From positions 14,632,001 to 14,696,000 of the forward strand of contig OZ316775.1 in assembly GCA_973851085.1 (NCBI GenBank): a stretch of DNA of 64,000 bases, given 5' to 3'. The notes beneath the pieces were generated by a model. It was not told where the DNA came from. It saw only the letters and a program-made list of their open reading frames with translations, and did not search any database. The stretch comes from Ptychomitrium polyphyllum. Lineage: Eukaryota. Shown here piece after piece: positions 1 through 12,249 of the stretch. The position numbers were made by a program, and so were the translations under genes. The first letter of the stretch is position 1; each line of letters opens with the position of its first letter.

Positions 1-3000
1 TTCAGGAACTGTAAGTTGCTCAATCTACCAAGTTCCATATTTCATTGCTTTAAATGCATACCGTGTGTGTTAATTTCGTGACTATGCATGGATTTACACA
101 AATGAACGCCATGCATTAGCCATTTTAATTGTACTAAGCGTAGACAAAAGTAATCTACGACCTGGAAGTGTGATCAGAATGATACATTGACACAAAAGTA
201 GCCTAACCAGTTACATGTATGTTCCAGGTATCTAGACAGCAATCTCATCAACCGGACACTTAACATCACTAAACTTTCTGCCTTAGGCTTTTTCAGTATG
301 AAAAATACAAACTCAACAGCAACTTCAGGCATTTTAAGAGTACTTTCGTTGATGAACAACAATATTAGCAATGTTGTCTATGATGTGAAGGACATCGAAG
401 GCATTGCCACAGTTATAAGGTAAGCACATATTTGTGTGATTGGTAGAAGTGACTCTTGACAAGAGAACAAGAAGGTCGAACGGATCATCCGTAGACCAAC
501 TTGCATGAGAATGTACTCTTTGATGGTAGTTGGAATGCAACAATAGAACCTGTGCATGAAGTAGCTGCTCAAAAGCCTAGGCACGGCATTTCCTGTTGGA
601 GTGTTCATTGATAGCATTTATTTATAATTTTGTTTTGTTTTGTTTTGTTGTTTAGACTACAAGGCAATCCTTTTTGCAAGTCTCCAGATTCTAATGACGG
701 GACAAGATGTTTCTGCGAGCAAGTCTGCTTTAACTCAGGTATAGGTTCTCTTACTCAAGGTTTGATTGAAATGGTGTTTCAATACCTTTAACAACAATGC
801 TTATTAGACAGTCATCGTATTTCAGATTCACTGAAAGATAGCAAGCGCAAGGACACGATCATCGCTGTGGTGGTCAGTGTAATGTCACTACTGATCCTAA
901 TGATCAGTCTGACTGCTATATTTCATAGAAACAGAAGATACAAACGGTATCTCCAGCTTCAGGTTCAACAAAGTAAGCATGTTATCTGCACCACTAAAAT
1001 TGTCAACTAAGTTCAAGTTATGGTAATTTTGGCAAGGTCGCTTTGGTTTATGATTGATTCCTTTCTAGAAAACCAGTGCGGATGTAACAGCCACATGTTT
1101 TTTCGTATGTGAGCTCAGTTATTCAGAAGCTGAATCTCTCAGAATGATCCTTGAACGTGTATTTTCTGCAGAGTTTGAAGAATTTGAGGTTAAGCCAACA
1201 ATATTCTCCTATAGCCAGCTTCGAACTGCCACACGAGACTTCCATCCTGATTTGAAGTTGGGCGAGGGAGCATTTGGAGCAGTATACAAGGTAACACTCC
1301 AACCACGTAATCTAAATATCGCTAATTCAGACTGAGTAGCTGTTGCAGATAGAGTTCCATTACCTGCTAAGCATTATGCAGATTTACTCCGTGTGCAGTA
1401 AGCATTAAATGCTAGGGTTTATTCCCAACTATAACAACGGTTTCAAGGAAATAACACCATCCTTTCTCCTCTGTAGGGTATATTGCCGAATGAAAATGTA
1501 GTGGCTGTGAAGCAATTATTTGCCAAGACTACTCAGGGTATAGACGAATTCTTGAACGAGGTTGTTCTATTAACAGGAATGAAGCACAGGAACCTTGTGA
1601 ATCTGAAAGGATGTTGCATTCGTGAACAGCAAAGGTTGTTGGTATACGAGTATGTGGATAATTATGATGTTGACCAGGTCCTTCTTGGTGAGTTGTCCCT
1701 AAAACTCAGGTACTTTGATTTTCAGAGTTTTTATGAAATCTACCTAGTCTTCTTTGAAATTACTCTAAGCACTTCCTCTTGATCCTTGTTCAACTATTCT
1801 AGACAAGTATGGGATTGTAAACCTCAAACCCCCTGAGTAACTGAAGCTTGATTGTATCAGTCGATAGCAGCCTACTCATATGAAGTCAGTACCATTCTGT
1901 TGCCACAGGGGTTACAGACAGGGCCCTCTTGAGTTGGCCTGTGCGATTGAAGATCTGCTTGGGAGTGGCCCGTGGCTTGCATTACCTCCATTCCCTTGCT
2001 CATCCAAGAATCATCCATCGAGATATCAAAGCTAGCAACATCTTATTAACCAAAAACTATGAAACTAAAATAGCAGATTTTGGGTTGGCCTTGTTATTTC
2101 CTGATGAACAAAGTTACATATTGACTAAGCATATTGCTGGTACCAAGTAAGCTCATTGTTTACCCCAAGCTCTGTAGTTCCTGTTTTGGTAGTTTGCATT
2201 ACGTCTCTTGTTTATGCCTGCATATAGGTGGTGGTTGCATTAAGTAGACTTCAAAATGAACAAATTTCATGTCCAATGAATAGATTCTGTGTTTTTCAAA
2301 GACGCATAAATAGGTGAGGAATTTGGTAGGTGAGAATTTGAATTGAGATCCATGGTTGGGACCCGTTTCTGACGTGGAATTGGGGTGCATATACGCAGGG
2401 GATATTTGGCACCCGAATATGCGTCGTTTGGTCAGTTAAGTGACAAAGTAGATGTCTTCGGCTTTGGGGTGTTGTGTTTGGAGATTGTGAGTGGAAGAAG
2501 AAATATTGATGAGAAATGTACCCCCGACGCGATGTATCTATCCAAATGGGTGAGCTCTCATCTTTCTTCTCAAAATCAAAACCTCTGTTCTCAATCAATG
2601 ACTGTAATTGTGATCTCTTTAGTCTAGGATGTTATTATTAGACATTTCCTCTTTTGGCGAATTGAAAATGTAAATACTTTGCATTTAAGGACTTTTGTTC
2701 ATGAGAATGCCATAAGGAATAAACTTTTGAATTGCTATTTTGGTGGTTTTGCAGGCATGGGATCTACATCGGCGGGGTACGCTGATGGACTTGGTCGACC
2801 CAGACATGAACTTACAAGATGAAGCGAGGTTGGAAGTGTGTCGCTTGATCAACATCGCTCTACTTTGCATTCAAAACGAAGCAAAGCAGCGGCCGAGCAT
2901 GGTGCGCGTGGTGGCGATGTTGCAAGGAGACAGTGAGTCGGAGGTAGTGGCACCGAAGCAAGACAATGAAGAGCAGTACTTGGAGAGCATAAGGCTGTTT

Positions 3001-3147
3001 GCCATGGGCAACGGTACTGGCCTTGGCACTGTGAAGGAAGAGGGCGAGTCGTCGCTTCTGGATTCATCAAGGCATGAGTGGGGTCGTTCTGACGACGATT
3101 GTTCCACTGGTGCTGTCATTGAGCTCAGTGAAATTAGAGTCAGATGA
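1..3147 (+). CDS. LRR receptor-like Ser/Thr kinase, 5'-truncated by the window edge. Exons <1-10, 228-419, 656-738, 826-972, 1172-1290, 1477-1687, 1909-2146, 2399-2549, 2755-3147
   Basis: GT-AG splicing keeps one frame. It gives LRR pieces ([21 protein letters not shown]), an LQGNPFC cap, a TM helix ([22 protein letters not shown]) with a basic stop-transfer, then kinase motifs [33 protein letters not shown] and GTKGYLAPEY. Stop at 3147. Confidence 0.93.
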
Positions 3148-3339
3148 TACAGTGACGAACTATACTGTTTTATATTGATGCGTCACGGAACTATTGTAGA
3201 TACAAAACCCCCCTGAATTTCACTGTCAGACGCAAACAGGACGAAGTTGTGGCTTTTCCGAGTTGGAAGCCTGGATTGTAAGATGGAGACGACCAAGTGA
3301 AGTTAAGAGCATAACAGCATGTTTGCGCTTGTTGCTTGA

Positions 3340-3383
3340 ATACATGATAACATACATGATAACATACATGATAACATACATGA
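3340..3383. repeat. 12-bp tandem repeat (ATACATGATAAC) x ~3.7 in or near the kinase 3' UTR
   Basis: Read directly; it produces the YMITYMIT repeats in the ORF track. Confidence 0.9.
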
Positions 3384-3900
3384 AGAACTCTTGTAACAAT
3401 GAAGAATTTCCAACGCCATTTAGAACACTCAATTTGGACTTGTAATAAATTAATTATGAATTTTAAAAGTTCAGCTTTGTTGTGGGAAGTTGGAGTTGTA
3501 AAAATTCAATAAACTGTAGGTGAATCTTGATTAATAGCTTGGATTTGCTTCAACTTTTATTGTAATTATTTTATCCTTGTATTTTTTATTGTTAGATTTT
3601 CAATGCCGTTTGAATTACTCCATTTGGATATACAGTAAGTTAGTTATGAATTTTGGAAGTCTAATTACATTATAATAAATTGGTATTAATAGTTCAAGTG
3701 ATTTATATAATTTCTTGATTTCAGCTATTGGAGAATTTAGAGTAAGAATTAGATTTGACTATAATGCAACTTAATTAATTGATAACTAAAAGTAGGAATA
3801 TGTGGACTAATATATCCTCCAATTAGCAAAATTTTATATTAGGCTTACTTTCATCCTATTTAGTATTGGTTGAGTTTTCCTACAAAAACACTGCTCATGC

Positions 3901-4450
3901 TGTCACGGACATAGATCATACAACATAGTCCTTAGAACATTCAAGCCTTTTAGTATACTATAATAGCTTCTTAGAATACTTTTAGATGTCTCCATAGTTT
4001 TTTCCATGTTCTTAGGAAGTTTCCTAGGAAAGTCCCTCCACCTTAGGAAACTTCCTAGGAAGGTTCTATCATCTTAGGTAACTTCCTAGGAAACTTCTTA
4101 CAAAGATTCCATCACCTTAGGAAACTTCCAAGGAAGGTTCCAACTCCTTGGAAGCTTCTTAGGAAGGTTCCAACATCTTAGGAAACTTCTTGGGAAGGTT
4201 CCCTAGACTTCCAGAACATTCTTAAGCTTTGTAGGAAGCTTCTTTAGAAGTATCCTAGGAGATACAACGTCATAGTATAAATAGGAGGCAAGACAAGGTA
4301 TTCCTTAGTCTTGCCAATACAAGTTGCGGATCATCTTGAGTCTTGCCTTGTTCTAGTCTTTGTATCAAGTTCTTCTTAATCATTAGCTCTTTGGAAGCTA
4401 ATTCTTGGGAAACACTTCGTTTCTGCTTCTTATTTCTTGTGTTCCAAACA
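3901..4450 (+). mobile_element. Solo LTR (550 bp, TG...CA) flanked by 5-bp target-site duplication CATGC
   Basis: Starts TGTCACG at 3901 and ends ...AAACA at 4450, with CATGC at 3896-3900 and 4451-4455. It contains TATAAATA at ~4276 and ~30-bp internal repeats. Excising it rejoins the integrase motif NTAHA-ST. Confidence 0.85.
4011..4205. repeat. Degenerate ~30-bp tandem array (CTTAGGAAACTTCCTAGGAAGGTTCCAxxx) with TTCCTAGGAA palindromes inside the LTR U3
   Basis: About six diverged copies read directly. Confidence 0.85.
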
Positions 4451-5709
4451 CATGCTTCTACCTAGCAAAATGCCATTCTATTCCAACTATGGATAACACT
4501 CAAAGTTGAATATATTATAGCCTCCACAATTTGAAAATTTAACAACAAAAGAATTTGCTACAAGAATGACAAAGCTTCAAGCAACCTTGAAAACTCAATT
4601 AGAAAGAATTCAAAAACAATATAAAACAGCAACAAATGCAACAAGGAAGGAACAACTTCCATTTCAAGTTGATTAAAAGATATGGCTCCTTTGACATAAT
4701 ACAAAGACCAATAAGCCATGCAACAAGTTGTACAATTGCAAGTTAGAATCACTTGCAATTCAAAAACAAGTCAACCACCTAGCATATTGTTTGTAGTTAC
4801 CAAGCATTAATGAAAGTACATCTAATCTTTTACATTTCATTTTTAAAAGTGAATAAGGAATCAATTATCTTTGGACGAAGACATCTACCACTACTTGTGA
4901 TAAAAATTGTCAATTGTTATAAACTTGAAGTAGAAGAAATACTTGATTCACAAATAAACTGTGGGAAGTTGGAATATTTGATCCATTGGCGTGGATATAA
5001 CATCAATGAACATACGTAGGAGCCAGCTAAGTATCTTACCAATTTGCTAGTTAAAATTTGTAAATTCCATCAACAATATTTATTTAAATTAAAAGGAGCA
5101 GCACAAGAATCTTGGTAATATTGCGTAACCTTGAAGATTTTTGATTCTTGGGTTTTTAAATAGTAGAGAAAGAAATTTTTAAAATATAAGTTTCTAAGCT
5201 CCATATATGATATAGAATTTAGTCCTTTGTATTTTGAGTTTATCATAGTTCCTTGAAATTAGTTTAATATATTAGATATAAACACTCAAAATCCAAAAAC
5301 CCTGCTATTGGTGTCATTCCAACTAAGTAATTGGCGTCAACAACTTCAAAATAAAGAACAAATTGAATTAAGAAAATGTAAAAAAACACCTAATAATAGA
5401 TTATTAGTGATTGTCTTTGAAGTAGAGCCTGTTTATAAGGGTTATCCAAAAGATGTATTTTAAAAATTATAAATATAAGTTTTATAATATATTTTTAAAA
5501 TTATAAATATACGTTTTCACAACAAATATATGAAAGTTTATGATTTTTTTCAAGTAGAAGATATTGATCACTACCAATGGTTGCAAGAACCCATAAATAA
5601 TTTGAATAGTATAAGACAACTAGAATATATTGCGGATATTATATAACAAATTTTTGACTTCCTATGTCTCTAAGCACTTATTGCAATAAACTCCTTGAAT
5701 ACCTCAAAG

Positions 5710-5900
5710 CTAAAAGAAGAGGTGATGCCACAAACATACATATTAGAAGCTTCTAGAAAGGTTCCAAGAAGGTTCAAGAAGGCCAAAGAAGTTTTCAAAG
5801 AAGGAAGCTAAGGAAGCTTCCAATGAAACAACCCAAGGTTGCTTGAGTACAATGTTTTAGAAGGTTCTCAAGAACCTTCTAAAGCTAGAAGTTCTAATAT
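5710..5900 (+). mobile_element. Probable polypurine tract and start of the decayed 3' LTR of the host chromovirus
   Basis: AAAAGAAGAGGTGA is followed by TGCCACAAAC at ~5726 and then by AGAAGGTTC/GAAGCTTC repeats resembling those in the solo LTR. Confidence 0.5.
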
Positions 5901-8109
5901 ACAGGAATCAAAGCTAAAGTGATCTTTAGTTTCAACAATACATCTCTTGTTATTTAGCTAAGACTTTCTTAATCATAATTTTGTACTTAATTATAATTTT
6001 TTGCTTTTAATAGACCTTGTGTTAAAGTTGGTAACTATCAAACATAAGAATATAGGTAATTGAGAATTTACAAGAAATGAAGAAAAAACTTACTTAGAAC
6101 AATTTATAGATTACCACATGTTAACTACCACTCACTATTTATAAAAAAAATACATTACAATAATTTTGGAACAAAAACTTAATTAATCAATACAAACACA
6201 CCATACACTTAATTATCTTGGTTAAGGATTTAAATACTATGTTTTAAATCCTATAATTTTGGATATACATCTATTTACTAAACTAACAAAAAATAAACTA
6301 ATAATTATTATCCTGTAATACCAATAGAAGAAGTATGGTAGTACCAATAGGAAGTACTTGACAAAACTAAATAGAAGACTCAATAGGTTGGTAACACCTT
6401 AGAAATACCTTATACCATATCCTAAAGTCTTGAAGCCTTGCATTATTATTACACTATTTGTATCAAACATTACAAATTAAAACGTGCACAATGGATGGAA
6501 AAATGCCAGTTTTGTAGTAAACAAAATATGAAGCAGAGGGTGATTAATACATGGATTGTTTGCATCAATATTGGATTCAAGAAAATCCATATGATATTAC
6601 ATGTGCAAGTGACAATGAATGCTAGGGCATTTTTGAAGAAAAATGTTTCAACAAAATTAAGCTGCTACACATCTATAAACAAGCCATGGCTATAATAGTA
6701 GCCAAAACAATAATTATAGAAGAATCATTTGATACAAAAGATGTTGAATTAATTAATTTTTTTCTAAGCTTTATATCTCTTACAACTTATAACATCAAAA
6801 TTGAGGATTATAATTTTGAAAGAATTATAGAAATGCTACCATAATGATTTGGAAGTTCAAAAATTTATAATGGAATTTCATCATATACGTATATACATAT
6901 AGAAATATGAAGCATGAATACAATATAGTTGTTTAGTATTTGATTTACAAAATAAAAAATATATTATATACATGAATTTGGAGGTCAATAGTATAAACAA
7001 AAATTAGATTAGTAATGAATACAATACATTATAAGAGGAATTTTGAGATGTTTTGATTGTATGTATGCTTTGATGGAATAAATGTATCTTTATATATGAT
7101 TATTAAAATATTGCTTTATACATAAAAATATTTGTATAAGATTGTGGTGCTTCTAATTTTTCCATAATTATGAAGCTTTATTGATGATAAAATTCATTAT
7201 TTTAGTATTCAATAGTTTATTCAAAGAATAAATTATTAATATTAATATATTTGATTAAACTTCATAAGTCATAATTCATTAATAATAGAATGTTACAAAT
7301 TGTATGTGTAAGTAGTGAAAGTCTTAAGTTTTCATTAACAACTTCAACTTGATCTTTTGAATAAAAATAGGTCGGCCATAAGAAAAAGGTCACATTAAAA
7401 TATGATGTTTATATAAATGATATATTTATACTTGAGCCTATGTTTTCTTACACCCTAGTCCTATAGCTGCATAGGATAGGTGTATAAAGGCATTGTAAGA
7501 GTAAAATTAAACCAATTTCATATTTTTTAAATGTTAAAAAAAATATTTCACATTTTCCATATATTTGGTGTATTGTCAATTTCTACGTTTGGCTCATTTC
7601 ATTTACGGTTTTTAATTCTCTTTTAAAAAATTTATACAATCTTGTATCCTTAATCTTGTATCCTTAAGCTCCGACATTATTGAGATTATTCTCAATACAA
7701 TTGCACTTAATGTCCATGTCACATGAGCAAAATGCAAAAGATCTTGCATTTATTGACATTTATTGACATTGTAGTAAATTAAATTACAAAGGATCAATTT
7801 TTGACAAGATTTCTTGTAACGTTGGGCAAGACTTGCCTACACCAGCACCAGCACCAAAAAGGTATCTTTTACCAGCATAGGACCAAACAATTAGAGCGCT
7901 TGGCTATAGCACAAAGTTCTTGCAAATCTTCTTGTGACTATTACAACTAAACCTGCAAACCACACCTCATGCATTTGTGTTCCTCCAAAAGAATGTAGAC
8001 CATTCCATACTTCACACTTATAATGTAATCGCCTTCTATCGGATTGCAGTTTGTAACACAGTTAATTAGAGTAAATTGTGCAAGAGCAATTGGCCAACAG
8101 GATCCCATG

Positions 8110-9150
8110 TTAGCAGTACTTCAATCGACCTACTAGCATCATAATAGATGTATGGATCAGACCTCAGGTCGATGATTAAGCAATCCAACCGGAACCGGTA
8201 CAAATATAAGTCCAGGAAATGCACTCCTTCGAAGTACCGACTCTATATTGAACTATCCCCATATGACTATCTCGTACATCGGATCTGTTGTATTAGGTTC
8301 CGGAGATATAGCAATAATTGCATTGTTGGAGCATTCTAGTGCAAATGACACATAGCCTCGACCTTCGGGAAGCTGATAGGGCTGCACCAAACTGTATTGC
8401 CCGTGATGTGTCGCAGTGAACTTGAGAGGTAGATCTTATGAACCGGGTACGATTGCGTATCTAAGATAATCAGCTACTGCAGTCACAGTTTCTTCTTGAA
8501 GCTCATCATTAGTCCTGCATCCATAGCAGGGCACAAAATCAACTCATGTTTGCAAGTGATGAACTTTTTGCCATGAATTCACATGAATAATATGTGTTTG
8601 AACCCGACCACTTGATCACCGCATTCGTATGCCAAGCATTGATGGTTCCTTAAGTCTCACTTGGTATATTCTTTTCTGTCACAAAGCCTCTAAACAGCAG
8701 CTTTATCAAGAGAACTCAAGCACCGTTGCACAACTTCAGGCTTCTCGCGCTCGTCATGTCCCTTGAGCGCTTCAGCAAACGGCCCATCTGGAATACGAGG
8801 TCGTTTCAAGTGCTCTGGCTTGACGTCATGAAGTACAGTTACGATGGGCTTCTCTGTAAGGACCATCTGGTGCAACTGATGCAAGCAGGAGGTGGATTCA
8901 ACATAGTCTTTGGAAAAAGTTGCTATGTGCATGCGTGCCCTACTTAGAGCTTCTTCAATGGCTTGGAACATATCGTTCCTAATATCTGTATCTTTCCTGT
9001 CCAAGAATAGCTGGAACCCTTCTTGCGGAGTTTTTGATCAAGACGATGAACGAATCCTTTTTGGGTATCAGGCTCGCAATGATTGGGGAAAACGTCGTGC
9101 GTAGGAGTTTGTTGTAGGCCAGAAGGGCCTGCTCCAGATTCCGCTAGACG
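8110..9150 (-). pseudogene. TIR domain fused to a Methyltransf_FA (FAMeT)-like domain; pseudogene. Exon ~9150-8661, intron 8660-8515, exon 8514-~8110
   Basis: TIR: HDVFPNHCEPDTQKGFVHRLDQKLRKK [1-nt frameshift ~9018] GFQLFLDRK...IEEAL...HIATFSKDYVESTSCLHQL...VLHDVKPEHL...GPFAEAL. A phase-2 GT-AG intron continues the frame into DELQEETVTAV..., then GRGYVSFALECSNNAIIAISPEPNTTDPMYEIVIWG*FNIESVLRRS. In-frame stops at ~8690, ~8436 and ~8253. Confidence 0.8.
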
Positions 9151-9749
9151 TGCAAGTCACCGCGCGCGATAGGAACGAGCAGATCAAGATGGAGACTTCC
9201 ACTAAAATGGCGGATGACACTGTTCAAGACAACTTTCTCAGAATTAAGGTATCAATTAAAATTCAAAGGCCTCCAAGCATGAAAAGCTTCACGCCATGCA
9301 TAAACAGTACGTCTGAAGAATAAGGAACGGAATTTCTGAAAAACTTCAAAGTCCTCGGGTGAAATCCCAAGCTCATGTTTCGCTCGTCAAAACTTTAACA
9401 TCGGTTCTAAATACTAGCAGGACTTGGAAACAGGTGCTCACAGAATCACGGGAGTGTAATTTAACAAACCTTGTGGTACTAAGGAACTAAGAACAGATAA
9501 TTCTCCAGTTTGGTGACTATACATGTGAAGCTCGTTGGGCTATGACCTAGTCTGGTTGATGCACTGTACGAAGCATCCAATTGAGTGATCGTTGCGAAGC
9601 TTAGGTTCCTGTTATGGCCCGCCTAGGATTAAACGCAGAGAACACAGGCGAAGCTGCGAAGCTAAGGTTTCAAAGGACCTTGAGCAACCTGTGGTAAAAT
9701 CCTTGGTCCTCTGGCTTAGAAATTTTGTCGGAAACAGGCAATTACAACT

Positions 9750-10840
9750 TTCCCGTACATATGCCAATGAGATACTTCTCAATCACTTTCACCCTTGGGA
9801 ATGGAACGATATGTAACGGCTGTCACACATGAAATTGTAGAATTCGACTTCCAGTCATCACAGCAGCGTCGGGATTCGGAGCCTCAGTCACAAACCTGAA
9901 ACTTTTTAATGCAGGATTGGGAATGCTCTCCTACTTAACCAAGGCTTTCCTATTCTTCTTGATCCTTTCAAAGGCCAAACGCTCGAGAGTGTCCTCAGAA
10001 TTAGAGGCGGTGGCCAGGGCTAAACAGTCAGAATAAGCCAGAGAAGCTCATTGCATTGCTACGTAGTCGATAAGCTCTTGTAATTCCATACGCTACATTG
10101 CTGGTAAATTACCTGTTTAATTCTGTAGAGGTGCTGGCAGTCAGCACTTGAACATTTCTGAAAGCATTTGGCTTTACCACCATTTCTTCGGTAGTCCAGT
10201 CTTGCAAGCAATGCTCATACTTACAAGTATGGTGTCATACCTCCTGTTGATGCCATTGATGTAAGACACGATCACACCTTGAGACCACATGGATCGACCA
10301 ATTCGACTACTAATGCACACTACCAATAAATTGGCATTCACATGAAATCCCAATTTCGAGAGAATCCAACACAGAGTTCGTGTACATAATCATGTCAAAA
10401 TAGATGGTTTGTCAGGCTACCACACTGATTCAAAGTCAGTAACTGCTAAGAGACTCGCCAAGTCTGTTTTCTTCTTGAATTTCTTGTACGTTGACAGACA
10501 AACTTAGTGTCTCTACCATAAGTTTGACAACACTGCGCGTTCTGCTTTGCTGCGCCACAACATGCACCAGAGTAATATTAGGTCACTGTCAGCTAAACTT
10601 GCAAACTACCACCAGCGCAATCAAGTAAGATAAGCTGTGGCAAGTACCTGTAAGATTCTTGTACCCCAGCACCTTGCACCTCACCAACATGAGCCTTCGT
10701 GCAACCAGTATTGCTTCTCTCGACGCGCACACTTCAAAGACTTGCAACCTAACATCCTGAAATGCGAACTGATGAAGAAACTTCAAATGATCATTAGAAA
10801 TACAACATGGAAGCACATTACAATGCAGCCCATTACCCAC
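9750..10840 (-). pseudogene. Probable degenerate BTB/POZ-BACK gene
   Basis: Minus-strand fragments occur in BTB/BACK order: FQDVRLQV...ARRLML, VVKPNAFRNV, TGNLP..MELQELIDYV, DCLALATASNSEDTLERLAFERIKKNRKALVK*ES. Broken by stops and frameshifts; recognised only from remembered consensus. Confidence 0.45.
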
Positions 10841-12249
10841 GCCGTTAAAGAGAGAAAGATGTCTATCAAAACGAAATAAGCATCACGAGATACGAGTGCC
10901 CTAATTTCACCAGAAGCTGTCCATTCGCATCCAGTACTCCTCAAAGATCGATGAAGACAGTTGCACCTGTAGGCTCTCTGGGTATTCTAATCTAACGCCA
11001 AGCCTCGCAATGCGTTCGTCTCTCTTTGTCTCGACCCTCAACTACCCACTGCTCTTGCAACTCCTGCGCCCTTCGAGCAGCAAAATCCAAATGGTGCCTT
11101 TCTGTCGCCATCCACATTCCTAGGTTGTCTATGTGATGCGCAAAGCAATACAATCCTTTTCAATGGCACGAGTTGGTGCGACACAACATTTTTCGATTGG
11201 CGAAAATTTGCGCCATTCAGAAAGTTTGTATCGTAAATGACGAACAATAAGTCACTGTTCCAATATCCGATCCCGTCGAACAAGTATACTTGTGATAGAG
11301 CCTCCGAATGACGATCAAGATATCTCACCAAACAGAGTACTGTAATCGTACCGGCCATATTACCATCAACTATGTGGTCATTTCGAAACCAAAACAGATA
11401 TCATCGTGAGAAACTCAATGTTAGCCAGCAACTGCGATAGATGCTCACCACTGGTGCAGTGGGCCGATAGCCTTTGGTTGGATTCGTTTCCAAGATGCTC
11501 GTTCAAATCCTAAACCAAAGACTTATGGTGCTCTGTTACATTTACAGAATTCTTAGAATGTGATCCATTGCAACACCGTATGTGAAACTAAGGTGCGTGG
11601 CCCCTTATTTCAGTCTGCAACCTCCAGAGGTATGTGATTCTCCATCAAATGTAAGGAGCACGATGTAGCATCCTGCATGAATCTGACCCAAGGCTAAAGG
11701 AATTATCAGCCGGAATCTGTATCTTCAAACTTTAGAATATTTAAAATTTAGATGATTTCCAACTTCGTTCCTGCCCCGCTCCTGCTCGTTCGAATTAGCA
11801 TATCTATACCACCAAAAACATCCCAACTCACACTAATCGATGGATTAACCGGTTGCTTGGGATTGCAAATCCCATTGATCTCCATGAAGGTCTCACACCC
11901 TAAACCCACGCCATGAAGTATCCAGATTCCAGAAGTACAAACTCAGTGTAAAAAATAAGCAACGAAAATAATGATCGTTTGTGAACAACTTGAGGCTGCT
12001 GACCTTCATGCAACCCTTTTCCATTCGGAAGATGGCTTACAACAAGTACTAGAGAAATGAAACCCTGGGGTTGGTTGTCCCTGCGTATACTGCTGCCATG
12101 CTTGTCACTTCGTGGAAGCACTTTGATTCACCAAATTTGCGTCTGGTCCATAGCGCTACTAAATGCTTGCTACTAATCTCTCTAGTCATTTACAATAGCC
12201 GCTTGACAGCACATGACATGATCCAATGTAGTCTGTAGTAGAGCCAATA

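Larger units (their letters stand above)
3845..5110 (+). mobile_element. Degenerate Ty3/gypsy chromovirus pol 3' end (integrase C-terminus, GPY/F region, chromodomain), interrupted by a solo LTR
   Basis: Decayed translations read LVLVEFSYKNTAHA|ST*Q..PFYSNYG, QKQYK...FQVD*KIWLL*HNTKTNKPCNKL, MKVHLIFYISFL and the chromodomain EVEEILDSQINCGKLEYLIHWRGYNINEHT*EP. Several stops and frameshifts. Confidence 0.85.

Noticed and set aside
4011..4205. Palindromic ~30-bp repeats looking like a CRISPR array
   Set aside because: No unique spacers, eukaryotic context, and they lie inside an LTR with a TSD.
8690..9004. Intact 104-aa TIR-only gene as given by the ORF track
   Set aside because: It starts at TTG mid-domain. 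The TIR N-terminus lies in another frame upstream, and the frame continues past the stop, so this is a pseudogene fragment.
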